From NCBI GenBank assembly GCA_963794325.1, contig CAWCDG010000004.1, positions 576,001 through 640,000 on the forward strand: a DNA stretch of 64,000 nucleotides, written 5' to 3'. This document shows, in pieces, positions 30,888-42,000 of this stretch (position 1 is its first letter; each line of letters begins with the position of its first letter). Made by a program: the position numbers and the translations under genes. The DNA comes from an uncultured delta proteobacterium (GTDB taxonomy: Bacteria; Desulfobacterota; Binatia; Binatales; Binataceae). The notes under the pieces were generated by a model. It did no database searches, was not told where the DNA came from, and worked only from the letters and a program-made list of their open reading frames with translations.

Positions 30888-32721
30888 ATGTGCGGAATAA
30901 TCGGATACGTCGGGCCGAGCGAGGCCTACCCTATCCTGCTCGAGGGTCTCGGGCGACTGGAATATCGCGGGTACGACTCGGCCGGCATCGCAACTATCGT
31001 CGATAACGGCAAGCTCGAAATTCGCCGCGCCAAAGGCAAGCTCGAAAATTTGCGCCATCTGCTGGCCGACTCGCCTTTGCATGGCCATATCGGAATCGGG
31101 CACACGCGATGGGCGACGCATGGGCGCCCGTCCGAGGAGAACGCGCATCCGCACAAGGCCGGGCCGGTCGCGGTAATTCATAACGGCATAGTCGAGAACT
31201 TTGTCGATCTGCGCGCCGAGCTGCTCTCGCGCGGCCACAAGCTGCGATCCGAAACCGACACCGAGCTGATTTCGCATCTGATCGAAGAGAAACTCAAAAC
31301 TGCGCGTGGCCTGACTGAGGCGGTGCGCGAGGCCGTCCTGCGCATCCGCGGCTCGTTCTCAATCGTCGTGCTGTCGGAAACCGAGCCCGGCAAGCTGGTC
31401 GCCGCCAAGACTGCGACGCCGCTGGTGCTGGGGCTGGGCGACGGCGAGAATTTCATCGCGTCGGACATTCCCGCGATTCTCGAGCATACGCGCAGCTCGA
31501 TCGTCCTCGAAGACGGCGAGCTGGCCGAGGTCACCGCATCGGCGATTCGGCTGATGAAGTTCGACGGCACCCCGATCACTCGCGCGCCGCGTCAAGTCGA
31601 ATGGGACGCTGTCGCAGCGACCAAAACTGGCTTTCGCCATTACCTGCGCAAGGAAATCAACGACCAGCCGCAGGCGTGGATCGACACGATGGCGGGACGC
31701 GCGGACGGCGGCTCGTCGACCGTGCGCTTCGAGGGCGAGCTGCTGCCGGCAGGGCGGGCCTAAGTCGATCGGGCGAATCGTGATGCTCGGTGCGGGCGCC
31801 TCGTGGATCACCGCGCTGGTGGGCAAGTTCATGGTCGAGCATCTCGCCGGGATTCCGGTCGAAGTCGATTACTCATCCGAGTTCCGCTATCGGCGGCCGC
31901 CGATCGACGAGCGCACGATGATCATCGCGGTGTCGCAGTCGGGCGAAACCGCCGACACGATCGCCGCGATGGAAGAAGGGCGCGCGCGCGGGGCGCATCT
32001 GCTGGCGATCACCAATACGGTGGATTCGTCGATCGCGCGCAAAGCGAACGCGCAGTTGTACACGCGATGCGGTCCCGAGACGAGCGTGACCACCACCAAA
32101 TGCTTTCTGACGCAGCTCGAGGCTTACTATCTGTTCGCGATTCATCTGGCGGCGCGGATGGGACGTATTTCAGAGGCCATTGCGGGCGACCTTTTGCAGC
32201 CGGCATTGGCGATTCCCGGACAGATCAAAGCCATCTTCGAGAGCGAGCCGAATATTCAGCAGATCGCTCGCAAGTATGCGCAGGCGAGGGACTTCCTGTT
32301 CCTCGGCCGCGGCATCAACTACCCAATCGCACTCGAGGGCGCGCTCAAGCTGAAGGAAATTTCGTACATCCACGCCGAAGGTTACTCGGCGGGCGAGATG
32401 AAGCACGGGCCGATCGCGCTTATCGACGACAAGATGCCGGTGGTGGTGATAATTCCCAACGACGAGCTGTTCGAGAAGTCGATGTCGAACCTGAAGGAAG
32501 TGGAATCACGCAACGGCCGGATAATCGCGGTGACCAATCATGCGACCGCCGAGCTCAAAAGCGTCGCCGCGGAAATTATCGAAGTGCCAACGACCAACCG
32601 GATGCTGACGCCTGTCCTGATGACAGTGCCGCTGCAATTGCTCGCCTACCACATCGCAGTGGAGCGCGGCACCGACGTCGATCAGCCGCGGAATCTGGCG
32701 AAGTCGGTGACGGTCGAGTAG
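30888..32721 (+). pseudogene. glmS: Glutamine-fructose-6-phosphate aminotransferase, split by a 1-nt frameshift near 31752 (probably an assembly indel)
   Basis: MCGII..GHTRWATHG (30888-31763) plus SQSGETAD..EGALKLKE..KHGP..PRNLAKSVTVE (to 32721); removing one G from GCAGGGCGGG restores one frame. Confidence 0.9.
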
Positions 32722-32725
32722 GGGA

Positions 32726-33340
32726 TCAATTCGCCCGCAACATTCGTAGGCCGAATAGCAGGCGTTGTGCGCCGGTGACGATTTCCAGCGCGGCCATCGC
32801 ATAGCAAAGTAGCGGGCCTACGGCGCGCAGGATCGGCGTGGCTTCGAGTGCTCCGAGCACTATGAAAAAAATTATCGCTTCGGTGCGTTCGAGGATTCCG
32901 GGTGGGTACTCGATCAATTTTCTGCTCGGACCTTCCACCGCGGCGCCGACCGCCAGGAATATCGTGATGTTCACGTACCACGTCGCTACCAGGATTAGCG
33001 CCGGGAAATAGAGGGTGGGATCGCGCCATGCGATGCCGACGATTACGCATGCCTCGACCACGCGATCGGCCGACAGGTCGAGCACGCCGCCGAGCGGGCT
33101 CACGCTGGCGCATTCGCGCGCGATGGTGCCGTCGAGAGCGTCGAAGGCGGCGCTGAGAATCAACGCGGCGATCGCGAAGGCGGGGTAGCCGCGCGCGAAT
33201 GCGATGCCCGATGCGATGCCGGCGATCGCGGCAAGTATCGTCGCTACGTTGGCGCCGATGCCGGCGCGGAACAGCGCACGGGCGCATCGCGATTGCGCGC
33301 GCTTGATATCGGGATTCGCAGCGAGAATCGTATCGAGCAT
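32726..33340 (-). CDS. CDP-alcohol phosphatidyltransferase family protein
   Basis: DALDGTIAR...GGVLDLSADR signature. Confidence 0.9.
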   Translation of the reverse strand: MLDTILAANPDIKRAQSRCARALFRAGIGANVATILAAIAGIASGIAFARGYPAFAIAALILSAAFDALDGTIARECASVSPLGGVLDLSADRVVEACVIVGIAWRDPTLYFPALILVATWYVNITIFLAVGAAVEGPSRKLIEYPPGILERTEAIIFFIVLGALEATPILRAVGPLLCYAMAALEIVTGAQRLLFGLRMLRAN

Positions 33341-33432
33341 CGGTTGTTTCGGTCCGCCTGCGCAAAGAATTAAGCTAGAGAGTCGTGGAACCCGCGACCA
33401 AGGTTCCAGACGAAAGACGCATTGGCAAGGGC

Positions 33433-34239
33433 ATGACTAGGACATTGAAACGGCCATTGACGGTCGCGGCGTTCGCGATCGTGCTGGCGGCTGCGTGCAC
33501 GCGGACCGCGTTTTCATCGGAAGAGCTCAGCTTTCCGCCGACCAGTTTTGCGATTCTTAATCCCACTACGGGCGTTGCGATTGGGCGCGCCCGCTACCGC
33601 GTTGAGGGCGCACTCGATGGCGGGATTTTGCGCGGCGAGAATGGATATTACGACGGCCAGACTGACGTTGAGACCGCGCATCTCCAGTTCGCATCCGGCG
33701 GGCAGCCGAAGCTGACCGAATTCGATCACACCTACTACAACCCCGACAAATCGATCCTGAAACGTGCGCACGTGGACCTGAAGACGGGTGTCGCGACTTG
33801 TATCGACAACTCGGCCGGTCAAAAGAGCGAGCAGTCCGCGGTGCTGACTGTCCCGGACGATACCTGGGCGGGCGCGAGTATCGTGATTCCGATCCAGAAT
33901 TTTTTGCGCGCGGGCGACAAAGGCATCAGCCGTCCGCTGCATGCGTTCAGCTGCGCGCCGACGCCCAAGATATTTTCGATCAGCGTGGATATCGATCCGG
34001 GCCCCGCGGTATGGACGACCTACGGCGCAGAGGCGATGCGAGTCGAGGTGCGGCCGGATTTCGGATTACTAAACCTGATTATCTCGGCTTTCGTGCCCAA
34101 GCTGCACGCGTGGTTCGATCCGGCGCACGGGCTGGACTTCATCGGCGACGAAGCGGCGCGCTATTACAAGGGCGATCCGATCATGCTGGTCAAGCGGCCT
34201 GCTATCGACGGACACGATGGCACGCACCCAGCGAAATAG
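33433..34239 (+). CDS. Hypothetical exported beta-rich protein
   Basis: N-terminal signal/lipoprotein-like segment (VLAAAC); host codon usage. Confidence 0.75.
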   Translation: MTRTLKRPLTVAAFAIVLAAACTRTAFSSEELSFPPTSFAILNPTTGVAIGRARYRVEGALDGGILRGENGYYDGQTDVETAHLQFASGGQPKLTEFDHTYYNPDKSILKRAHVDLKTGVATCIDNSAGQKSEQSAVLTVPDDTWAGASIVIPIQNFLRAGDKGISRPLHAFSCAPTPKIFSISVDIDPGPAVWTTYGAEAMRVEVRPDFGLLNLIISAFVPKLHAWFDPAHGLDFIGDEAARYYKGDPIMLVKRPAIDGHDGTHPAK

Positions 34240-34260
34240 CTGAATCGGTTCTGAAAAAAT

Positions 34261-34476
34261 CTAAAAGTGGACGATGCCTTCGCCCTCGACGTGGCGGGCG
34301 CTCTTCGCGGCTTTGGGCTTTCGATACAGAAACGAAGTCTTGCACTGCGGACAGGTGCCTTCGGGCTGTTGGCCGCTGCGGCGAACCAGTTTGACGTAAC
34401 GCACGGTTCCGTCGTCGCACAGATGACCGGCGACGGGGAAATCGTACACGGTGCGGACCGTGATTTTCTCGCTCAT
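34261..34476 (-). CDS. Small zinc-ribbon-like hypothetical protein
   Basis: 71 aa with HLC and CPQC; GAGGAG upstream. Confidence 0.6.
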   Translation of the reverse strand: MSEKITVRTVYDFPVAGHLCDDGTVRYVKLVRRSGQQPEGTCPQCKTSFLYRKPKAAKSARHVEGEGIVHF

Positions 34477-34654
34477 TATTCTGCTCGTGCTCCTCAGGTC
34501 GTTAGTCTCGCTCGTCCATGGTTACGCACGACGATTTTTTTCGTTTCATCCCTCGACCGCGCGCCGAAAATCAAACTTGGATTAAACACCATATTGAAAT
34601 CGCGCCGCGGATCAATCTTTTTGACGATCGATTTCCAAAAAAACTTCACAACGA

Positions 34655-37427
34655 TCAACGCTTAGCGCGCACTTCGAACGTCACGATCTCGAACGGCTTG
34701 AGTTCGATTGTGATCGCACCATCGCGCGAGCGCTTGAGACCGGCGCGCTTAACGGGACGTCCCGCGAGATCGACGAGACGCGCGCGCCCACTGGCGGAGA
34801 AGGTGAATCGAGCGGTCTCCGGCGTCGGCGACGCGCTGTAGACGCGCACTTTGTAGGAGTTGGCGCGGGCGAGCGGGCGAGCGGTGGAAAAAATTACTTT
34901 GGAATTGTTGCAGGATAGCAACAACGCGGCATCGCGATCGTCGCGGCGGCCGGAAAAAATTCGCGGCGGTGACGTGTACGCCTCGACGCGCTGGACCAAA
35001 TCGCCTCCCAGATAGCTTCCGCTAAAGGTGGCGACCGCAAATTCGAAGTGATGCGCCCCCAGCTCCTGGGCGTCGGGCGTCTCCAACTCGGGTCCGGCGC
35101 CGCCGCGACGCGTCGCCAGGTCGGAACGCGATAGCCACCCGACGCATCGGAGCAGAGTCAGGAGAATCGTCGTCGCACCCGGATGCTCGGGGCGCGCCTC
35201 GACCTCGAGGATGCCGCGGCTGGCCAGCGCGGCCGAGAATTCGGCGCCTTCGACGGCGGTGAACGTACGATGTGGCACGGTGGGATAGATGTCTTCGGTG
35301 CCACGCGGCTCCGAAGGCGAGAGCGGGCGCCGGATCATGCCGAAACTGGTGTCGTGCACAGCATCGGTGGCGACGACCGGCGTGCGCAGGGCGGCGCGCA
35401 GGCGATGGTCGCGCGCACGATTCGTGACGTCGGCGATGAAATCGACTCGGTCGAGACCCTGATAGAGCGTCGCGGTGAGGACGACCTCCAGTTTCTCGAA
35501 TTGCGGCGAGCGAGCGCTTCTGTCGGAGGCGAGCGATGCCGGAACGTCAAACGTCATCGCGAGCTTGATACGCTGGCGCACCGGGCCGTTGTCGATGACG
35601 CTGGCAACGAACGAGGTGGGTTTGGCAATTACTGCGCCGTTGTCTACAGGATCGTAGTTGTACTCGTCGCCGCGATCGCCTTCGTCCTCGAAATACAGTT
35701 CCATCGACGTGTTGCGCTTGAGATCGCGAATCTCCAGGCCGCGCGGCGTCGGCGTCAGACGGAAAAATTCGTTCTCAATCGACGCGGCCGGCTTGGGACT
35801 ACACCGGCAAGGCGGCGGAATCGTCGCGGACGATTCGGTAGAAGCTGAATCCCGTTTGCGCGAGTTCGTCGGCGACGAAACTGAGCGCGCATCGCGCTGC
35901 GCTGATTGCGTGAATGCGCACCGATCCCGAATCCGGAATGCGCGTGCGAATCGCGTGCCTGAACTCGTCGAGATCGAGATCGCTGAACGCAGCGCGGCTC
36001 ATGAAAAGGTTCACCTGCGAACGCCCGTCGGTCGTGCTCACGATCTCGTAGCGATTCACGGTGCGGCCAAACATGGACGGCTGACTCAGGCCTCCGACGA
36101 TCGATTTGAATTCAGCGGCCGGCATGTCGGCATCAAGCGCTCGCTCCGCTCGGGCGACGTCGATCTCGGCCGGGATTCGCCGGCCATCAGACGTCTCGAC
36201 TGCATACCTCACACCCGGATCGGCAACTTCGGTCTCGCCGGTCACGAGTGCGGACTGCGAAAACGTTGGGTTGAAGACCGCGATTTCGGACGCGTCGACA
36301 TTGCGAACATCGAGGCATGCCGCTGCGGCGCGGCGCACCGTGGTCTCGGCCAGCATCGCGGCCTGATCGAATCGATAGCGCATGTCGATATGCACCTGAT
36401 CGACCGAGCATCCGCAAATCGAATCGTGAGGATGGTTCTGAATTTCCGTCCGCCACGCCATCTCGAGAAACTCGTCAAGGCCGGCGCCGCGCCCGACCGC
36501 GTTGGCCAGCGCCGCGAGCGGATCGGCGAAGCGCTCGAGCGCGCGGCAGTTCTCGAAGTCGCGCTGCTTGATCCACGTGCGCGCTGAGGTGACGCCGGGC
36601 AACAGATGCGATCGCGACGGCGAGCGCAGTTCGCCGCGATGACGCGGCGTGCCGTCGAGCGGAAGATCGGCGAGTCGGCGTACGTAGTTTTCGAGCGAGC
36701 CGGTCTCGAAGGTCATCGCGGAAATCTCGCGCGCCTCGTTGATTCTCTCTGAAAGGCGCGCGTCAGGCGGCGCGTGATCAGTACCGTTCATCACGAGGAT
36801 CGGCGTGCCGGCGGCGAAGTCGCGCTCGCGGCTCGCAATCTGTTCAGCGCGCGCGACGAAACTGTCGACCGTTTCGAGCGGCAGATTCGCGCCGTTCGAG
36901 TAACCGTTCGGCAGATAGACCGTCAGCACTGAACTGCCGTCGAGCGCCTCCCACGTGAAGCGATTGCGATTCACGTCTGCGCCGACGCCGCGCCACAAGA
37001 CCGCGGTCGTGAATCCGAAGCCGGCGAGAATTTGCGGCATCTGCCCGATATGGCCGAACTGATCGGGCAGATAGCCGACGTCGAGCGGGCGGCCGAAGCG
37101 GCGCGCGATCGCCATCCCGATTTCGAGATTGCGGATGAGCGATTCGCCGCTCACCAGGAAACTGTCCGCGAGGACGTACCACGGGCCGACCTGGATTTTG
37201 CCCGCGCGAATCAAGTTGCGCAGCCGCGGCTCGGCGCGCGGGCGCATCTCGAGATAGTCGTCGAGCACGATCGTCTGGCCGTCGAAGTGAAACGACGGGA
37301 TCGTGCCTCGCTCGACCAGCGGGATCATGCGATCGGCCATAGCAACCAGCCGCGCGCGCATCTGCTGAAACGGCTGATACCATTCGCGATCCCAATGCGT
37401 GTGAACGACGAAGTAGAGATGATCCAT
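34655..37427 (-). pseudogene. GH38 alpha-mannosidase (MngB-like), frameshifted near 35800 (probably an assembly indel)
   Basis: HTHWDREW, DGQT, GPWYV, PDQFGH, HDSICGCS; C-terminal part (EDEGDRGDEYNY, LLRCVGWLSR) continues in another frame. Confidence 0.88.
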
Positions 37428-37438
37428 AACGGTGCGCC

Positions 37439-37885
37439 TCAGGCGGGACGGCGTGGGACGAGAATTTTGCGGCGCAGGACCATTATCCGTTCGCCGCGTT
37501 GATTGAGCCCGCGCGTCTCGACGTATATTACGCCGCGATCGCTCTTCGATTTCGACGCTGTCGTCTCGAGCACCGTCGTCTCTGCGTACAGCGTGTCGCC
37601 GGCAAATGTCGGCCCGGTGTGACGCACCGATTCGTACTCGAGATTCGCGATCGCATTCTCGCTCACGTCCTTCACGCTCATGCCGACCACCGTCGCCATC
37701 ACGAGCAGCCCGTTGACCAGCGGCCGTCCGTGCTGCGTCGTCGCGGCATAGGCGGCGTCGAAATGAAGCGGGTTGGTGTTCATCGTCATCAGCGTGAACC
37801 AGGTGTTGTCGAAGTCGGTGATAGTGCGGCCGGGCCAATGCTTGAAAGTCTGGCCGGCGGTGAAGTCCTCGAAGTAGCGATTCAT
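37439..37885 (-). CDS. MaoC family dehydratase
   Basis: RYFEDF..G, RTITDFD, NPLHFD, GDTL. Confidence 0.92.
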   Translation of the reverse strand: MNRYFEDFTAGQTFKHWPGRTITDFDNTWFTLMTMNTNPLHFDAAYAATTQHGRPLVNGLLVMATVVGMSVKDVSENAIANLEYESVRHTGPTFAGDTLYAETTVLETTASKSKSDRGVIYVETRGLNQRGERIMVLRRKILVPRRPA

Positions 37886-37961
37886 GCGAATGCGGTGCCC
37901 TGTCGGGAATTATACGACAGTCGCGCCGGTTGCAATTGATTATGCTAGCTTCGACGAATCG

Positions 37962-39449
37962 ATGGCACTGCGACTGACAAAACTGCTCATCGCAAATCGG
38001 GGCGAGATCGCGCTTCGGATCATCCGCAGCGCGCGCGTGTTTGGCCTCAAAACTGTCGCCGTCTATTCCGCAGCGGATGAGAAAGGCACGCACGTTGCCG
38101 CGGCTGACGAGGCGATAGCGATCGGCCCGGCCGAGGCCGCGAAGAGCTATCTCAATATCGCGGCGATAATTTCAGCCGCAAAACAATCCGGCGCCGACGC
38201 GATTCATCCGGGCTACGGATTTCTCTCCGAGCGTCCCGAGTTCGCGCAGGCAGCGGTCGACGCGCAGATAGTATTCGTCGGGCCGAGGCCGGACGTGATG
38301 GCGGCGCTGGGCGACAAGGTCGCGGCACGGCGAATCGCGGTCGCAGCAGGAGTCCCGGTGGTGCCGGGAATAGAGACCGCGGAAATTGCCGCGGCGCGCG
38401 AGTTCGCGGCGCAAGTTGGATACCCGATTCTCATCAAGGCTGCCGCCGGAGGAGGCGGGCGCGGGATGCGAGTGGTCGCGGAAGCCGCGCAGCTCGAGAC
38501 CGCTCTGGAAGCGGCTGCGCGCGAGGCGAGCGCGGCATTCGGCGACGGGCGGATATTCATCGAGAAGTATCTCGCGCATCCGCGTCATATCGAAATACAA
38601 ATTCTTGGCGACGAATTCGGCAACGTCGTCGCGCTCGGCGAACGTGATTGCTCGATCCAGCGGCGGCATCAAAAGATTATCGAGGAGTCGCCCGCGCCCG
38701 GACTTTCCGCCGAGCTGCGCGCGAAGATGATTGACGCCGCCCTGAAACTCGCGCGCGCAGCTCACTACACCAACGCAGGCACCGTCGAGTTTCTGGTCGA
38801 GGACGACAACTTCTACTTCCTGGAAGTGAATGCGCGCCTGCAGGTGGAGCATCCCGTGACCGAGATGCGTTTTGGATGCGACTTGGTGTGCGAGCAATTG
38901 CGGATCGCGGCGGGCGGTAAGCTGTCGGAGCCCGCGACTCCGCGCGGCGCTGCAATCGAATGCCGAATCAACGCCGAGGATCCCGAGCATGACTTCCGTC
39001 CCGCGACCGGAACCGTGCTTCATCTGAGCGTCCCCGGCGCCCCGGGCGTGCGCTTCGACTCGCATTTGGCGCGCGGGATTGAAGTGACGCCGTGGTACGA
39101 CGGCTTGCTGGGCAAACTGATTTGCTACGGCGCGAATCGAGAGGAGGCGCGCACACGGCTGGTCGACGCGCTCGACGAATTCGCTCTGTGCGGCGTGACC
39201 AACAACGCGGCATATCTTCGCGATATCGTTGCGAGCGATCAATTTCGCGACGCGAAACTCTCAACCCATTTCATCGACGAATTTTTTTCTGGGTGGAAGA
39301 TCGATGCCGCTGAAATCGATGCGGCAATCGTCGCCGCTGTGATTACTGCCGAACGCTCACAGGTCGAACACGCCACCCGCAACAGCAATGAGCGGCGTTC
39401 GCCGTGGGACGCTCTCAGCAACTTCGAGCTGTGGGGATCGCGGCGATGA
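37962..39449 (+). CDS. Biotin carboxylase subunit of an acyl-CoA carboxylase
   Basis: LIANRGEIA, HPGYGFLSE, GGGGRGMR, RDCSIQRRHQK, EVNARLQVEH. Confidence 0.95.
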   Translation: MALRLTKLLIANRGEIALRIIRSARVFGLKTVAVYSAADEKGTHVAAADEAIAIGPAEAAKSYLNIAAIISAAKQSGADAIHPGYGFLSERPEFAQAAVDAQIVFVGPRPDVMAALGDKVAARRIAVAAGVPVVPGIETAEIAAAREFAAQVGYPILIKAAAGGGGRGMRVVAEAAQLETALEAAAREASAAFGDGRIFIEKYLAHPRHIEIQILGDEFGNVVALGERDCSIQRRHQKIIEESPAPGLSAELRAKMIDAALKLARAAHYTNAGTVEFLVEDDNFYFLEVNARLQVEHPVTEMRFGCDLVCEQLRIAAGGKLSEPATPRGAAIECRINAEDPEHDFRPATGTVLHLSVPGAPGVRFDSHLARGIEVTPWYDGLLGKLICYGANREEARTRLVDALDEFALCGVTNNAAYLRDIVASDQFRDAKLSTHFIDEFFSGWKIDAAEIDAAIVAAVITAERSQVEHATRNSNERRSPWDALSNFELWGSRR

Positions 39450-39976
39450 AGCTCACGCGCGCGGGTGACACTCACGAAATCGACGTCGAGGTGGTCTCGC
39501 GCGACGGCAGTACGATTCGCATGCGCATCGGCGATAGGGAAATCGTTGCGGAGTTCACGCCGAATGCAGACGGCGGAGGGATTCTTGCGATCGACGGTCG
39601 CCGCTACCCGATTTTCGGCGCGCGACGAAAGGAGTCGATCCTCGTGTCGGTCGGGCCCGCGTCGTTCGAGTTCAAGCCGGTCGAAGCGGCTGCGCGCCGC
39701 CGCTCGCGCGGGCTGGCCGCCGCGGAAATCACCGCGCCGATGCCTGGCAAAGTGCTCAAGGTGCTCGTGCGCGACGGCGACATCGTCGAGGCGGGGCAGC
39801 AGCTGGTCGTGATCGAGGCGATGAAAATGGAAACGACGCTGGCTGCCGAAAGCGCCGCGATTGTGAAACGGGTTTGCGTCCAGGAGGGACAGACTGTCGA
39901 TCACGGCGCGGTGCTGATCGAGCTTAGTCCCCCTCCGGCTTCATCAGGTCGCGAATCTGCGCCCCCAGATTCTTGA
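39446..39976 (+). CDS. Biotin carboxyl carrier protein
   Basis: APMPGKV and EAMKME biotinylation motif; ATGA coupling to the carboxylase. Confidence 0.93.
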   Translation: MKLTRAGDTHEIDVEVVSRDGSTIRMRIGDREIVAEFTPNADGGGILAIDGRRYPIFGARRKESILVSVGPASFEFKPVEAAARRRSRGLAAAEITAPMPGKVLKVLVRDGDIVEAGQQLVVIEAMKMETTLAAESAAIVKRVCVQEGQTVDHGAVLIELSPPPASSGRESAPPDS

Positions 39977-40157
39977 TCCAATCCTCGAAATCACCGTCGC
40001 GCTCGACGACTATCTCCAGCTTGCCGTTCTTCAAAATCGAAATGCGACCCGGATGCTCGGTGCGCAGCGGAATCTCGACCGCCTCGCGCGAGATCCCCAT
40101 CGGATCGATCACCGCGAAGATTCTTTCGATTTCTTTCAGCGTGACGGCCTTGAGCAT
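39924..40157 (-). CDS. Hypothetical protein
   Basis: 77-aa ORF with host-like codon usage. Confidence 0.6.
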   Translation of the reverse strand: MLKAVTLKEIERIFAVIDPMGISREAVEIPLRTEHPGRISILKNGKLEIVVERDGDFEDWIKNLGAQIRDLMKPEGD

Positions 40158-40250
40158 TTTTTTACTGCGCCTCGTGCAAGTACGCTCTTTACTTAAATTG
40201 TCAGCGTCGTAAGCTCAAGGCGCGGCGCAATCTGGTTCGGGAGGGATGGC

Positions 40251-40454
40251 GTGTTCGGAACAATCAAGAAAGTAGTCAAGGACAAGGGCTTCGGCTTCAT
40301 AATCGCGGACGATGGCGGAGACGAAGTTTTTTTCCATCGCTCGGCGCTGTCGCCCAAGGTCTACTTCGACGACCTGCGCGAGGGCAACGAAGTTCAGTTC
40401 GACGTCCGTCCGGGTGAAAAGGGACGCCAGGCATTTAACCTGCGCCTGCGATAA
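40251..40454 (+). CDS. Cold-shock domain protein
   Basis: KGFGFI and VFFH RNP motifs. Confidence 0.92.
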   Translation: MFGTIKKVVKDKGFGFIIADDGGDEVFFHRSALSPKVYFDDLREGNEVQFDVRPGEKGRQAFNLRLR

Positions 40455-40455
40455 T

Positions 40456-41979
40456 TCATCGAGTGAACGCGAACCAGCGCTTCATCAGGCCCGCGACGAA
40501 TGGAGTGAGCCGCGTGCGCGTGTAGAGTCCGGCGGCGCGGCGAATCGCGTCGGCCTGCGTCGGGTACGGATGAATCACGTCGCCGAGTGTGCCGAGTCCC
40601 ACGCCGGCTTTGATCGCAGTCGTGAGCTCCGAGATGATCTCGCCCGCGTGACTCGCGACAATCGTTGCGCCGACAATGCGATCGCTCCCCTCTTTCACGA
40701 GCACCTTCACGAAGCCATCGGTTTCTCCGTCCAGCACCGCGCGATCGACTTCTTTCAGCTCCTGCGTATAGGTCGCGACCGCGATTCCGCGCTGCTTCGC
40801 CTCGGCTTCGTAAAGCCCGACGTGCGCGATTTCAGGATCGGTGTAGGTACACCATGGAATAGTCAGTTGGCTCGCACGCTGGCGTCCGAAGAACAGGGCA
40901 TTGCGCAGGATGATGCGTGCGTGTGCATCCGACAGATGCGTAAATTTGTACGGCGATGCAACGTCGCCGCCGGCGTACACGAGCGGATTCGTCGTGCGAA
41001 GATGGTCGTCGACCTTCACCCCGTTCTGCTTGTCGTATTCGATCATCGCGGCTTCGAGATTCAATCCCTCGACCGCGGGCACTCGCCCGACGCCGATCAA
41101 TATTTGGTCGGCGACAATCTCGCGCCGGACACCGTCGCGCTCGGTCGCGATTATTTTCTCACTGCCGCGCGACTCGACGCCGGAAATTTTGCATCCGGTG
41201 ATGATTTCCACGCCGTCGCGGACGATCGCGCGCTCGACCCACTCGGCGGCATCGCGATCCTCGCGAATCAGAATTTGCTGCGCAACTTCCAGTAAAGAAA
41301 CCTGAGCGCCGAATCGCGCGAAGGTCTGCGCGAGTTCGCATCCGATCGGCCCGGCACCAATCACAACAATCCGCCGCGGTAACTCGGTCAGCGAAAAAAC
41401 CGTCTCGTTGGTCAGGTATCCGGCCTCGGCCAGACCAGGAATCGGCAACGCGGCGGCGCGCGCTCCGGTAGTGATAGCGGCTTTCTTGAATTTGAGCCGC
41501 TTGCCGTCGACTTCTACGACGTCAGGCGCGACGAAGCGTCCGTCGCCGATAAACACGTCGACGCCGAGCCCGCGAAATCGATTTGCAGAGTCGGTCGGAC
41601 TGAGCTCGGTGCGAATCTTGCGCATCCGCTCCATCACGGCCGGAAAATTCACGCGCACGCCCGGCGGCACTTCGACGCCGAAGCCGCCTGCGTCGCGAAC
41701 CGCGGCGGCGGCGCGCGCCGAACGGATCAGCGCCTTCGACGGGACGCATCCGAAGTTCAGGCAATCGCCGCCCATCAGGTCGCGCTCGACGAGCGCAACT
41801 TTCGCGCCAAGAATCGCGGCACCCGCTGCCGTCACGAGGCCCGCGGTACCCGCGCCAATCACTACCATGTTGTAGCGGTCGGCAGGCGTGGGATTTACCC
41901 ATCCACTGGGATGCAGATTTTCCGTCAGCGCGAGGTTGTATGCGTCGAGCGGCTCATGCTTCAGCGCGTGCGATCCCAT
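40456..41979 (-). CDS. Pyridine nucleotide-disulfide oxidoreductase (mercuric reductase-like family)
   Basis: GAGTAG, GGDCLNFGCVPSK, GAGPIGCE, HPYPT; no C-terminal CC. Confidence 0.9.
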   Translation of the reverse strand: MGSHALKHEPLDAYNLALTENLHPSGWVNPTPADRYNMVVIGAGTAGLVTAAGAAILGAKVALVERDLMGGDCLNFGCVPSKALIRSARAAAAVRDAGGFGVEVPPGVRVNFPAVMERMRKIRTELSPTDSANRFRGLGVDVFIGDGRFVAPDVVEVDGKRLKFKKAAITTGARAAALPIPGLAEAGYLTNETVFSLTELPRRIVVIGAGPIGCELAQTFARFGAQVSLLEVAQQILIREDRDAAEWVERAIVRDGVEIITGCKISGVESRGSEKIIATERDGVRREIVADQILIGVGRVPAVEGLNLEAAMIEYDKQNGVKVDDHLRTTNPLVYAGGDVASPYKFTHLSDAHARIILRNALFFGRQRASQLTIPWCTYTDPEIAHVGLYEAEAKQRGIAVATYTQELKEVDRAVLDGETDGFVKVLVKEGSDRIVGATIVASHAGEIISELTTAIKAGVGLGTLGDVIHPYPTQADAIRRAAGLYTRTRLTPFVAGLMKRWFAFTR

Positions 41980-42000
41980 CGATTGCCTCTGCTCCGGATT

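Noticed and set aside
31745-31790. Programmed ribosomal frameshift in glmS
   Set aside because: No canonical slippery heptamer or obvious stimulatory structure, and three other genes show similar single indels
34477-34654. AT-rich leader as a riboswitch
   Set aside because: No aptamer consensus I recognise; only weak inverted repeats, likely an ordinary promoter region
35799-38093. N-terminal extensions in the ORF track (GH38, ribH, hisF, argF, argD, argH, hslU, moaB, USP) as fusions
   Set aside because: The extensions overlap neighbouring genes or intergenic DNA and translate to low-complexity sequence; family motifs and RBS place the real starts downstream
40456-41979. Mercuric reductase MerA / mercury resistance
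   Set aside because: No C-terminal Cys-Cys pair, no NmerA domain and no mer genes nearby
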